A stretch of DNA of 64,000 nucleotides from Candidatus Magasanikiibacteriota bacterium (GTDB lineage: Bacteria > Patescibacteriota > Patescibacteriia > Magasanikbacterales > UBA922). The notes under the pieces were generated by a model. The model was not told where the DNA came from, did not search any database, and was given only the letters and a program-made list of their open reading frames with translations. Where the stretch lies: NCBI GenBank assembly GCA_003482855.1, contig DMXO01000004.1, positions 141,464-205,463 of the forward strand, written 5' to 3'. Below are positions 1-9,532 of the stretch, one piece after another (position 1 is the stretch's first letter; every line of letters starts with the position of its first letter). The position numbers were made by a program, and so were the translations under genes.

Positions 1-2
1 TT

Positions 3-1088
3 GTGAAACAACTGCAAACAAAAATGAAAAAGACAAAAGTCGGTGAGATAGCGAGTGTTTCTGGGAGATATTATGCTATGGATAGAGACAACAGGTGGGA
101 TCGTGTAGAAAAAGCCTACAATACAATAGCACACGGACAATCCGCTGAATATTTCAAAGACCCTATTGATGCGATAGAGGCGTCATATAAGAAGGAAGTC
201 TATGACGAAGAATTTGTACCTGTTGTTATAGGCAAAGAAGGTAAGCCAACTGCCGTGGTCGAATCTGGAGATGCAGTGATATTTTTTAATTTTCGTCCAG
301 ATCGCGCGCGTCAATTGACCAAGGCTTTTGTATTGCCAGGATTTAGTAAATTCGAACGTGAGTATATCAAAGATTTATTTTTTGTTACCATGACGGAATA
401 TGAAAAAGAAATACCAGTGACGGTAGCATATCCACCCATGGTAGTTTACAATTGTCTTGCAGAAGTATTGAGTAAAGCAAAATTGAAACAATATCACATA
501 GCTGAAACAGAGAAATATGCTCATATTACTTTTTTCCTTAATGGCACAGTAGAGGATCCTTTTGAGGGTGAAGACAGAATGATTATTCCATCTCCCAAGG
601 TATCATCATATGACCAAGCCCCAGAGATGTCGGCCTCATCAATTGCCAAGGAAATAATCAAAGTGATTGACGCAGATAAGTATGATGTCATTATACTCAA
701 TTTTGCCAACGCAGATATGGTAGGCCATACGGGTGATCTCAAAGCAACGATAAAGGCGTGTGAAGTGATAGACAAACATTTGGGCAAGATCGCAGAATAT
801 ATATTGGCGAAAGATGGTGTACTACTTGTCACAGCTGACCATGGCAATGCAGAAGAAGTGACCAATTTGCAAACAGGGAAAATGGACAAAGAGCACAGTA
901 CCAATCCTGTACCTTTTCTTATTATCGCTCATACATACAAAGGACAGGCAGGTCCTACGGGAGATCCTCCTGACGGAGATTTGAGTCTTATGCATCCGGT
1001 TGGCGTATTGGCAGATGTCGCGCCAACTATGCTCAAAATTTTGGGAGTAGAAAAACCGAAAGAGATGACAGGAAGAGCGCTTATATAA
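3..1088 (+). CDS. gpmI: 2,3-bisphosphoglycerate-independent phosphoglycerate mutase, C-terminal part (N-terminus lies outside window)
   Basis: ORF open at window start; ADHGNAE motif and iPGM-type domain content. Confidence 0.85.
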   Translation: MKQLQTKMKKTKVGEIASVSGRYYAMDRDNRWDRVEKAYNTIAHGQSAEYFKDPIDAIEASYKKEVYDEEFVPVVIGKEGKPTAVVESGDAVIFFNFRPDRARQLTKAFVLPGFSKFEREYIKDLFFVTMTEYEKEIPVTVAYPPMVVYNCLAEVLSKAKLKQYHIAETEKYAHITFFLNGTVEDPFEGEDRMIIPSPKVSSYDQAPEMSASSIAKEIIKVIDADKYDVIILNFANADMVGHTGDLKATIKACEVIDKHLGKIAEYILAKDGVLLVTADHGNAEEVTNLQTGKMDKEHSTNPVPFLIIAHTYKGQAGPTGDPPDGDLSLMHPVGVLADVAPTMLKILGVEKPKEMTGRALI

Positions 1089-1100
1089 ATTTCGAAATTA

Positions 1101-1150
1101 AAAAACTCCCGAACTATTGCAGATTTTTGTTCTGTAAATCGGGAGTTTTT
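1101..1150. terminator. Putative bidirectional hairpin between convergent gpmI and DHH gene
   Basis: aactcccga ... tcgggagtt 9-bp inverted repeat flanked by A-run and T-run; loop is long, so weak. Confidence 0.4.
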
Positions 1151-1162
1151 TGTTTTATTATT

Positions 1163-2305
1163 TTATTTTCTTATCTCACTTTTTATGTGTGCTACTATTT
1201 CTTCCTCTACATCTTTTAGGTTTTTTCCAGTAATTTTGAATGTTGCTTCATCTTCATCTCCCTGTGCCTGATATTTACTCATGATCTGTGTTGCGTGATG
1301 CGCAGGCAGGATACGCAGTGTACCGTGTATGTCGTTTGGATTATCTGGATTTTCGTGGAGTAACAGGATAAATTGAGCATCAGGCGCTGATGTGATGAGT
1401 TCGTCCACAATCGTGTTTAGGTCTTCTGCTTTTGCACCCGCGCGTATGAAGTCTTCACGTGTGAGTGTGGTCCACACAATGTTGTGTTCTTTGTCATGTT
1501 CTATATTTGAGAGCGCAGTACCCCACAGTTTGAATGTGGCAATTGTCTTTGTTTGATATAGATTTTTGATGACAAAGGATCTGTCGGCTCCGAGGTCGAC
1601 TAGTTTGCCCGCTACGTTTAGAGTTTGTGGACGTACCTTTTTTTTCTTGAAGCTATTGGTTCCTGAGATGATGCCGGCAAGTAGGGCGTTTGCTACATGT
1701 CTATTTATGTATTCTCCTTTTATTTCATGGAGGAGATTATATACGATTTCAGAGCTTGAACTTGCGGGCAAATCTATCGCATTGATTGCGCCGTAATGTT
1801 CATTAATACTTTTGTGGTCAATATTTATGATTGGGGTAGCATAAAAGAAATCCTCATGATTGGTATATACATTGCCAAGAGATGCCAGGTCTGGAGTATC
1901 TACCGTGATGATGAGGTCATATTTGAACTCTGTTTGGCTGGTTTTCACGTGTGTAGGTGTGAGGTATCCTTCTTGTGGTGTGATGAAGATGCGTAGTTTG
2001 TTTTCTTTGGTATCATAACTTAGTTCAGAGAGTCCTGTCTTTTCAATATCAAGTGTAATTATGAATTGGTGTAGATCTCCTATTTTATTTTTTATGTCCT
2101 TGCTTCGTTTTAGGAATGCGTATTGTATTGGCAATGCAAAATCATCACACACGATATCGACGCGTTTGTTCATTTGTTCGAGGAAGAGTTTGAGCGCGAT
2201 CGCACTGCCTATAGCATCTCCATCGAGATGCTTTTTGAAGGCAATGAGAATATTTTTTTTCTCTTCCAATAGCTTGTTGATCTGTTCTATCTGATTTAGT
2301 GCCAT
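1163..2305 (-). CDS. DHH/DHHA1 family phosphoesterase (NrnA-like nanoRNase/pAp phosphatase)
   Basis: DGDAIGS motif near N-terminus, DHH-type aspartate/histidine motifs, 380 aa. Confidence 0.7.
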   Translation of the reverse strand: MALNQIEQINKLLEEKKNILIAFKKHLDGDAIGSAIALKLFLEQMNKRVDIVCDDFALPIQYAFLKRSKDIKNKIGDLHQFIITLDIEKTGLSELSYDTKENKLRIFITPQEGYLTPTHVKTSQTEFKYDLIITVDTPDLASLGNVYTNHEDFFYATPIINIDHKSINEHYGAINAIDLPASSSSEIVYNLLHEIKGEYINRHVANALLAGIISGTNSFKKKKVRPQTLNVAGKLVDLGADRSFVIKNLYQTKTIATFKLWGTALSNIEHDKEHNIVWTTLTREDFIRAGAKAEDLNTIVDELITSAPDAQFILLLHENPDNPNDIHGTLRILPAHHATQIMSKYQAQGDEDEATFKITGKNLKDVEEEIVAHIKSEIRK

Positions 2306-2575
2306 ATAATAAATGTGTCACCGATATGGTAAGGTGACAAGCATGGAATAAAAGAGTATACCAGAAGGTTAAATTTGTGTCAACCCCTTTTTAGGCCCAT
2401 TTTGTGTGTAAAATAAGGCATTTTTTCCAGTTTGTTCATGGCGATTTTATAGTCTTTTAATATATAGATATAGAGCCAATAGAGGCAAATAGTTGTGTAT
2501 GTTGATAAAAATTGTCATTTTATGGCTAAAATAAGGGTTTTTCTTGCCAATTTTTGTATTTTCATGTAACCTATA

Positions 2576-5287
2576 TTGTATATGCAAAAAGAATTACCAA
2601 AGGCTTACGAGCCACAACAATACGAAGACGCAATTTACAAACGCTGGGAAGATTCAGGTCTATTTAACCCAGATGTTTGTATTGAAAAAGGTGTAACTGA
2701 TAAAAAGGCGGATTATTTTTCTATTGTTCTTCCTCCTCCAAATGTTACTGGTACATTACATATTGGTCATGCGAGCATGCTTGCGATTCAGGATCTCATG
2801 ATACGCTATCATCGTATGAAAGGTGAAAGGACCCTATGGGTTCCAGGTACCGACCACGCAGCTGTCGCCACAGAATCAAAAGTAGAAAAACTTCTTATTG
2901 CAGATGAGGGTTTCAAAAAACCAAAAGAAGAATTAGGCAAGGAAAAATTTTTGGAGAGAGTAAAAGAATATGCCCAAAATTCTCATGATACGATTGTAAA
3001 CCAAAGTAAAAAAATGGGTTCAAGTTTGGATTGGAGTAGAGAGGCATACACGTTGGATGAACAAAGAAATTTGGCCGTACGGACCGTATTTAAAAAAATG
3101 TATGATGACGGATTGATTTATCGTGGGTATAGAGTTGTAAATTGGTCAGTAAAAGGCCAATCCACATGCAGTGACGACGAACTGGTCCATGTAGAAAGGC
3201 AAGGGAAAATATATACATTTAAATATTCACAAGACTTTCCTATCACGATTGCCACCACACGTCCGGAAACAAAATTGGGAGATACTGCTGTAGCGGTTCA
3301 TCCAGATGATACGCGATATCAGAAATTTATCGGGCAAACTTTTGATGTGCATAATTTTGCTGATTCAGGAGTAGATTTGAAAATAAAAATTATTGCCAAT
3401 GAGCATGTGGATATGGCATACGGTACGGGTGCAGTTGGTGTTACACCCGCGCACAGTTCTGTTGACTTTGATATGTATACGGCTCAAAAAACAAAAGGCG
3501 ATGAAATAGATCTCATACACGTAATTGGGCAGGATGGCAACATGACGTCAGCGGCTGGGACGTATGAAGGACTTACGACAGTTGAAGCACGAGAAAAAGT
3601 TGTAGAAGCTTTGAAAAAACATGATTTATTTGTGGGCGAAGAAGAAACCATTCAAAATGTCGGAACATCAGATCGTTTTGGAGATGTGGTAGAATCTATC
3701 CCGATGACGCAGTGGTTTATCAATGTAAATAAAGAGTTCCAGATGGGAGAGAGTAAGTTAAAAAATATTAAAAAAGGACAAACTGTTACATTGAAAAAAT
3801 TAATGCAAGAAGTTGTTCATTCTGGTGAAATAAAAATAATTCCTGAGAGATTTGAAAAAATATATTTTCATTGGATAGATAATTTGCGTGACTGGTGTAT
3901 AAGTCGCCAGATTTGGTATGGACATCAAATCCCTGTTTGGTACAAAAATGAAGAAAATTACTGCGGTATACATCCTCCTGAGGGGGAAGGATGGCAACAA
4001 GATCCCGACACACTCGACACTTGGTTTAGTTCAGGGTTGTGGACGTTTAGTACGCTTGGATATCCAGATTTGAATGCAGAAGATTTGAAGAATTTTCATC
4101 CAACTTCAGTCATGGAAACTGGTTATGATATTATTTTCTTTTGGGTTGCGCGCATGATTCTCATGACAACATATACCCTTGGCGATATTCCATTTAAAAC
4201 AGTGTATCTTCATGGCATGGTACGTGACGAACAGGGAAGGAAGATGAGCAAGAGTTTAGGTAATGTTATTGATCCTCTTGATACCATAAAATCGTATGGC
4301 GCAGATGCAACACGCTTGTCTTTGCTTATTGGCAACGCACCGGGGAATGATTTGAAATTGAGCGAAGAAAAAGTAGCTGGGTTTAGAAATTTTACGAATA
4401 AGCTGTGGAATATCTCCCGATTTATTATTGGTAAGATACAAGAAGACACAGGTTACAAGATACAAATAAATATTCAGAAACCAACCCCAAAAACATTAGC
4501 TGACGAATGGATTTTGGGCACGTTGAATTCCACTTTATATTTAACATCTGGTTCTATAGAGGAATTTCAATTTTCAGGAGCAGGTGATATATTAAGAACT
4601 TTTACTTGGGATCAATTAGCGGATTGGTATTTAGAAATTGCTAAAATTGAAGGAAACAAATCAGAAATTTTAAATTATATTTTAAATGGATTATTAAAAG
4701 CTTGGCATCCATTTATGCCTTTTGTCACTGAAGAAATATGGAAAGGAATACATGGTGATAATAGTTTGTTGATGGTGCAAAAATGGCCAGAATTTTTTGA
4801 AAGGACAAAAAATGACGAAAAAGTATTTGTTCAATTTAATTTAGTTAGAGATATCGTATCTGTTATTCGATTTTTGCGTTCAGAAAATAAGATTGAACCA
4901 ATTAAAAAAATAAATGTACTTGTTAGTGCAGGAGATAAAATAGATTTATTAAAAAATAATGCATCAATAATAAAGGGGCTAGCAAGGTTAGATAAATTGG
5001 TAATTCAAGAGAAGGTCGAAAAGCCCAAGACAGGAGTTGGATTTGTAGTTTCTAGTATAGAAGGTTTTATAGATTTGGAAGGCGTTGCTGACGTCGTAAA
5101 AGAAAAAGAACGCCTCACAAAAGAAATTACGCAATTAAAAGGATATGTCATAGGACTAGAAAAGAAACTTTCAAATAAAGAGTTTGTAGATAATGCTCCC
5201 AAAGCAGTGGTAGAAAAAGAAAAACGAAAATTAGAAGAGGGGACTGAAAAGTTAAAAAAGTTGGAGCAACAATTACAATCACTGTAA
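2576..5287 (+). CDS. valS: Valine--tRNA ligase
   Basis: PPPNVTGTLHIGHA and KMSKS motifs, C-terminal coiled-coil, 903 aa. Confidence 0.93.
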   Translation: MYMQKELPKAYEPQQYEDAIYKRWEDSGLFNPDVCIEKGVTDKKADYFSIVLPPPNVTGTLHIGHASMLAIQDLMIRYHRMKGERTLWVPGTDHAAVATESKVEKLLIADEGFKKPKEELGKEKFLERVKEYAQNSHDTIVNQSKKMGSSLDWSREAYTLDEQRNLAVRTVFKKMYDDGLIYRGYRVVNWSVKGQSTCSDDELVHVERQGKIYTFKYSQDFPITIATTRPETKLGDTAVAVHPDDTRYQKFIGQTFDVHNFADSGVDLKIKIIANEHVDMAYGTGAVGVTPAHSSVDFDMYTAQKTKGDEIDLIHVIGQDGNMTSAAGTYEGLTTVEAREKVVEALKKHDLFVGEEETIQNVGTSDRFGDVVESIPMTQWFINVNKEFQMGESKLKNIKKGQTVTLKKLMQEVVHSGEIKIIPERFEKIYFHWIDNLRDWCISRQIWYGHQIPVWYKNEENYCGIHPPEGEGWQQDPDTLDTWFSSGLWTFSTLGYPDLNAEDLKNFHPTSVMETGYDIIFFWVARMILMTTYTLGDIPFKTVYLHGMVRDEQGRKMSKSLGNVIDPLDTIKSYGADATRLSLLIGNAPGNDLKLSEEKVAGFRNFTNKLWNISRFIIGKIQEDTGYKIQINIQKPTPKTLADEWILGTLNSTLYLTSGSIEEFQFSGAGDILRTFTWDQLADWYLEIAKIEGNKSEILNYILNGLLKAWHPFMPFVTEEIWKGIHGDNSLLMVQKWPEFFERTKNDEKVFVQFNLVRDIVSVIRFLRSENKIEPIKKINVLVSAGDKIDLLKNNASIIKGLARLDKLVIQEKVEKPKTGVGFVVSSIEGFIDLEGVADVVKEKERLTKEITQLKGYVIGLEKKLSNKEFVDNAPKAVVEKEKRKLEEGTEKLKKLEQQLQSL

Positions 5288-5288
5288 T

Positions 5289-5316
5289 AAAAAAATCCCC
5301 GGATGGGGATTTTTTA
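5289..5316. terminator. Rho-independent terminator hairpin shared by valS (+) and convergent ORF (-)
   Basis: aaaaaatccccggatggggatttttt: GC stem flanked by A and T runs. Confidence 0.7.
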
Positions 5317-5327
5317 CTAGTATATTT

Positions 5328-6458
5328 TTATGCTGCGCGAGCGAAGCCGAAGTCCTGTGCCAATTGTTCAAATGTCATTTTTTCACGTTTTGCGAATCGT
5401 TTTTCGCAGAGTCGTGCTGACTCGTCATTTTTATTAAATACTTTTTTTAATATGTGGGCTACTTCTGGTGGTAAGTGAGAGCTGTCTGACGGAATTTGTG
5501 TGTCATCTTTTGTAGTAAATCCCTGCTCAAACACTTGTTTGCGTCCATCTGCCCATGCAATTTGACTTTTGGTCCATGAGATGACTTGTTTTATAACCAC
5601 TTGTTTTGCTTCATCTGATATGTCTTCCCCTTTTTTATATTGCGCAAAGGCCATTAATACAAAAGGGAATTGCTCAAGCAAAAATTCATCACCTTCCCAC
5701 ATAAATACTTCAGGCTCTGTGGCAGCGCCTCCTACGTCTGCAAACGCAATTAAGTTTGCTTGCCATGGTTCATCCCCTATGTGTTGGTATACAGTTCCTG
5801 GCCCAAATCCTTTTTGGTTTATGGTACGTTCATGTGCCGCGGTGATGAGCCTTTTGTAATGATCTTTTCCTTCAAACAGACCCCCCATAGCATTGATAGC
5901 AGCTTCGGGACTTTCTGTTTCGTTGTGCTCCACTATTGGGGCGGGCGGGTCGATGTCTTCGGTAGGGTAAGGAGGATACAGACGCACATTTTCTTCTACG
6001 CCGTGATCTTTTTTCCTACAGATAAATGATTCTTGTACGATGTCATGAGTCGCAGCAGCATATTCAAGTACAGCTGCCATTTCATCATCTATATAATATT
6101 CACTTTCAGATCCCAAAGAATTGTTTATTGCTTCTATCATGTTTCGCACGCGTCTCACATTTGCTTCTGAGTGTTCTTTTTGGTGATAAGGAAGTTTATT
6201 AATATCTGCAGCAAATGCATCGAACGTGCCAGCGGGGTATTGTGCTTCTACTTGTTCGCCATCGACATCTATCATTGGGTGTGGTGTTTCTGAAGTGTTG
6301 CGTGTTCCAAATGTTTCACCTAGATGTTCAAGTACTTCACGGGTTCGTTGTCTCAATGCCCGCGCTAATTCTGTTTCTTGTCTTTTTTCACGTTGTATAT
6401 CTGGCGGGGTTGATATTTTAGAAGGCTCTGGAGGTTGATATCGTGGAGGTTGTTCCAT
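5328..6458 (-). CDS. Hypothetical protein (no recognised family)
   Basis: 376-aa ORF with host-like AT-rich codon usage; no motif recognised. Confidence 0.5.
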   Translation of the reverse strand: MEQPPRYQPPEPSKISTPPDIQREKRQETELARALRQRTREVLEHLGETFGTRNTSETPHPMIDVDGEQVEAQYPAGTFDAFAADINKLPYHQKEHSEANVRRVRNMIEAINNSLGSESEYYIDDEMAAVLEYAAATHDIVQESFICRKKDHGVEENVRLYPPYPTEDIDPPAPIVEHNETESPEAAINAMGGLFEGKDHYKRLITAAHERTINQKGFGPGTVYQHIGDEPWQANLIAFADVGGAATEPEVFMWEGDEFLLEQFPFVLMAFAQYKKGEDISDEAKQVVIKQVISWTKSQIAWADGRKQVFEQGFTTKDDTQIPSDSSHLPPEVAHILKKVFNKNDESARLCEKRFAKREKMTFEQLAQDFGFARAA

Positions 6459-6546
6459 ATATTCATATATAAAATAAATAGTATTATACTGTACAGTTTT
6501 TCATGTATATTTGTCAATAAAAAAATATCTTTTTCAAGATATAAAA

Positions 6547-6828
6547 ATGGGGTTGGTCGGGGGCGGTAGAGCTCTCGACCTCCCCCGATGTCAGGCAGCG
6601 CGCTGCCGAGTTGCATTCGCCACGTGGGTGGCGAATGCCTGGGGGGTGGCGGTCCCTTGCCGGACTGGCGTTGGGGTGGGTAGCACGAGACTACCCTTAT
6701 GCACCGGTCTCTCGACCGCCGTCTTGCCTCCCATGTTCGGAGCGGCCGCCGTCTTGGTGGTTTGATCCACCATGGCGCGACCTCCTTTCCCCACGCGGGG
6801 AATGGTTGTACGCCGGTATCATACCAGT
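6547..6828. other. GC-rich (about 65 percent), hairpin-dense element of unknown nature
   Basis: Several perfect GC-rich palindromes (11-bp stem GCATTCGCCAC/GTGGCGAATGC; GGGTAGCACGAGACTACCC; GGCAGCGCGCTGCC); embedded minus-strand small ORF with GGAGG SD; sits in AT-rich divergent intergenic region. Confidence 0.3.
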
Positions 6829-6954
6829 TTTATATATTTTGTCAATGGCAAAATCTTGAATATTTAGACAAATATTGATATTATAGCTATATAGTTATTC
6901 ACAAAATGTGAATAATTTATGTGATTTGTTTTTATCTAGTTTAATTTTAAATAT

Positions 6955-7440
6955 ATGCGTTCTCTCATTATATGCTTTGCTCTATTGTTGTTTATGGCCG
7001 GAGCTGGGTGTGCACCTATTGCGAAAGACAATAATCTTACGTCAGTCTCTATGAAAGACACCTACGCAACACTCAATTTAGAGACCCCTGTTCAATTTGA
7101 GGAAACAGTAGAGTCACAGGATGCTGTATTTTATATGGGGCAAGGCTGGACTGGCGGTATGGGTAGTTTTCCTATCCTTGAAGATCCTGGTGACGCAAAA
7201 CGCATGGATGATCTTGTTATTTTTGTAGATGATGAACAAGCACAAGATATTATTGACAATGCTAATCTCCCCGAATGTTATGTTGGTATGTCATTTATCA
7301 AAGTTGCTGCCAAAATTCATCTTGAAAAGAAGATAGGCACCAATTTTTCTATAGAGGAAGCGCCTGAACAGAGTTATTATCAGGCATATATTGATGAATT
7401 ATATAACGTATTTGTCCAAGTAGAGCCATGTGAAGAATAA
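6955..7440 (+). CDS. Putative secreted protein or lipoprotein
   Basis: N-terminal hydrophobic signal with Cys (FMAGAGC) then acidic soluble domain. Confidence 0.45.
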   Translation: MRSLIICFALLLFMAGAGCAPIAKDNNLTSVSMKDTYATLNLETPVQFEETVESQDAVFYMGQGWTGGMGSFPILEDPGDAKRMDDLVIFVDDEQAQDIIDNANLPECYVGMSFIKVAAKIHLEKKIGTNFSIEEAPEQSYYQAYIDELYNVFVQVEPCEE

Positions 7441-7798
7441 TATGCAACTTGATCCACGACAATTGACTCCAGAGCAAAAAGAAATGCTTTTGAAAGATGA
7501 CAATCAAAATGACGTACCCGATATGTTGGAGCAAGGCATGTCTCTTGAAGATATAGGTATTTCAACGGGCCAGCCGTATGATCCGTCCAAGAGTGGAGCT
7601 CGACGCACACAGGCAAAAATTTTGAGTAAATTTGTAAAAGTGAGTATGTTGAAGCGATTGTTTGCCATGGGCGAGAATCCTGAACAATCACAAGAGTTTG
7701 CCAAAGAGACCACGAATGTCATGTTGCGCACATGCTTACCAATATTTTTGTTGATTGATGCTATTATCATCGCGATAATTTTATATTTTGTTTTTTAA
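7430..7798 (+). CDS. Hypothetical tail-anchored membrane protein
   Basis: 122-aa ORF, single C-terminal hydrophobic helix. Confidence 0.4.
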   Translation: MKNNMQLDPRQLTPEQKEMLLKDDNQNDVPDMLEQGMSLEDIGISTGQPYDPSKSGARRTQAKILSKFVKVSMLKRLFAMGENPEQSQEFAKETTNVMLRTCLPIFLLIDAIIIAIILYFVF

Positions 7799-9011
7799 TA
7801 ATCTGTATATGGTAGTATCTACTGACTCACAAAAAATTGAAGAAGTGCTCTCAAGATCTATTGATACGATATACCCTTCAAAAGAAGAATTTCAGAAGTT
7901 ACTTGAGTCTGGCAAACAATTAAAAATTTATGTAGGCATTGATCCTACTGCTACGTATGTTCATCTGGGACATGCGACTAATTACATTATTTTGAAACGT
8001 CTCCACACACTTGGCCACAAGATTATCGTTCTTGTTGGAGATTTCACTGCAAAGATAGGTGACCCAAGTGACAAGAGTGCTGCGCGTAGACGACTCACTG
8101 ATGAAGATGTACAAGAAAATTTGAAAACATTCAAAGCACAGATTGGGAAAATTTTGGATTTTGATGATACCAAAAATCCAATTGAGTTTAAATTCAACTC
8201 AGAGTGGCTTTCAAAACTAAATTTTGAAGATGTGTGCGATCTCGCATCACATTTTACAGTTCAGCGTATGCTTGAGCGTGATAATTTTGAAAAAAGAATA
8301 AAGGAAAATAAACCTTTGTATGTGCATGAGTTTTTTTATCCGCTTATGCAGGGATATGATTCAGTTGCTATGGATGTAGATGTAGAGCTCGGTGGCACAG
8401 ACCAGACATTCAATATGCTGGCTGGACGTACGCTTCTCAAAGATTACAAAAATAAAGAAAAAATAGTTGTTACTACGACTTTGCTTGAAAATCCGGTAAC
8501 CGGTGAAAAACTCATGAGTAAGAGTCTGGGTACTGGTATTGGTCTTGATGAAAGTCCCATAGATATGTTTGGCAAGACTATGCGTTTGCCTGATGAAGCT
8601 ATTATCCAAGTATTTATTGATTGTACCTACAAGAGCATGGGTGAGATAGAAAAAATGAAACAAGAATTGGCATTTGGTGCAAATCCGCGTGACCTCAAAA
8701 TGCGCCTTGCACATGAGATAGTGAAGACATACCATGGTGAAGAGGAGGCGCAGAAAGCTGAAGAATATTTTATCAATACATTCAAGAATAAAGAGACTCC
8801 CGATGATATAAAAGAATTGAAACCAAATTCTTATAATATTGTCTCTGTCTTGGTCGAGGCCGGTTTTGCTGTGAGCACATCAGAGGCTCGTCGTGCGATA
8901 AGTCAGGGTGGCGTCAAACTGAATGATGAAAAAGTAGAATCAATTGATGTGAACACAAAAAAGGGTGATGTGGTACAAAAAGGCAAGAGATTTTTTGTGA
9001 AGATTATATAA
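7788..9011 (+). CDS. tyrS: Tyrosine--tRNA ligase
   Basis: GIDPTA..HLGH and GDFTAKIGDPS motifs, KMSKS-type loop, C-terminal S4 domain. Confidence 0.9.
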   Translation: MFFNNLYMVVSTDSQKIEEVLSRSIDTIYPSKEEFQKLLESGKQLKIYVGIDPTATYVHLGHATNYIILKRLHTLGHKIIVLVGDFTAKIGDPSDKSAARRRLTDEDVQENLKTFKAQIGKILDFDDTKNPIEFKFNSEWLSKLNFEDVCDLASHFTVQRMLERDNFEKRIKENKPLYVHEFFYPLMQGYDSVAMDVDVELGGTDQTFNMLAGRTLLKDYKNKEKIVVTTTLLENPVTGEKLMSKSLGTGIGLDESPIDMFGKTMRLPDEAIIQVFIDCTYKSMGEIEKMKQELAFGANPRDLKMRLAHEIVKTYHGEEEAQKAEEYFINTFKNKETPDDIKELKPNSYNIVSVLVEAGFAVSTSEARRAISQGGVKLNDEKVESIDVNTKKGDVVQKGKRFFVKII

Positions 9012-9012
9012 T

Positions 9013-9531
9013 ATGGAATTTGATATTTCAGTGGATAAGAAAACGACGCAAGTCTTGACCCGTGGCTTATTTTTCCTCGTACTGGCTATCTTGGCTGTAT
9101 GTATTGTTTTTGCCAAAGTAACACATATTCTTTGGCTCAATGAAGCTCTTGATCGTATCGGGGAATATATATTTACTATTTTTTTGTTTGTGTATTTGAT
9201 TGGATCAGGATTTTTTGGCAAAGCACGCCTGTCATTTGATGGAGATACTATGGTATTGACGGGAATAGTGCCATTTCCTCGGTTGAGGATTTTTTTTTCC
9301 GATATAGAGCGTGTATGGGTAGGAAATTCTTCTTTGTCTGCCGGTGGTTCTCTTATATCTATCATCCCCAAAGGATCTATGCCACATGATATGTCAAACA
9401 AGAAAACGATTTTTATCAAATATAAAAAGAGAAATGATCCACTTCAGATAAAAGGCCGTGGACAAGGGGTTACAGATTCTATTGTAAGTTTCGTAACATC
9501 TTATGGTATACATGTAGAAGAAAAGAAATAG
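9013..9531 (+). CDS. Hypothetical membrane protein (two N-terminal TM helices)
   Basis: ORF with two hydrophobic helices then soluble domain; possibly bacterial PH-like. Confidence 0.4.
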   Translation: MEFDISVDKKTTQVLTRGLFFLVLAILAVCIVFAKVTHILWLNEALDRIGEYIFTIFLFVYLIGSGFFGKARLSFDGDTMVLTGIVPFPRLRIFFSDIERVWVGNSSLSAGGSLISIIPKGSMPHDMSNKKTIFIKYKKRNDPLQIKGRGQGVTDSIVSFVTSYGIHVEEKK

Positions 9532-9532
9532 T

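Noticed and set aside
2306-2575. T-box riboswitch leaders upstream of aminoacyl-tRNA synthetase genes (valS; also checked before tyrS, argS, aspS)
   Set aside because: No T-box consensus (AATTAGGGTGGTACCGCG-like) or specifier/antiterminator architecture visible. The upstream regions are short or coding.
3786-4465. Small antisense ORFs (60-130 aa) inside valS, the giant gene, aspS and other long genes listed in the ORF track
   Set aside because: They lie entirely within well-supported longer CDSs on the opposite strand or alternate frames and lack motifs or SDs. Treated as noise.
6721-6790. GTTTGATCC string resembling the 16S rRNA 5' end
   Set aside because: Only a 9-nt match; the following sequence does not continue as 16S (no TGGCTCAG). 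No rRNA genes are in the window.
6547-6828. tmRNA (ssrA), SRP RNA or 6S RNA as explanation for the GC-rich intergenic element
   Set aside because: No tmRNA T-loop (GGTTCGA) with acceptor pairing to the 5' end, no tag-peptide frame ending in typical A/L-rich residues, and no SRP domain IV (GGAAG...AGCAGCC-type) motif. Stems are perfect palindromes rather than covarying imperfect helices. Left as unassigned.
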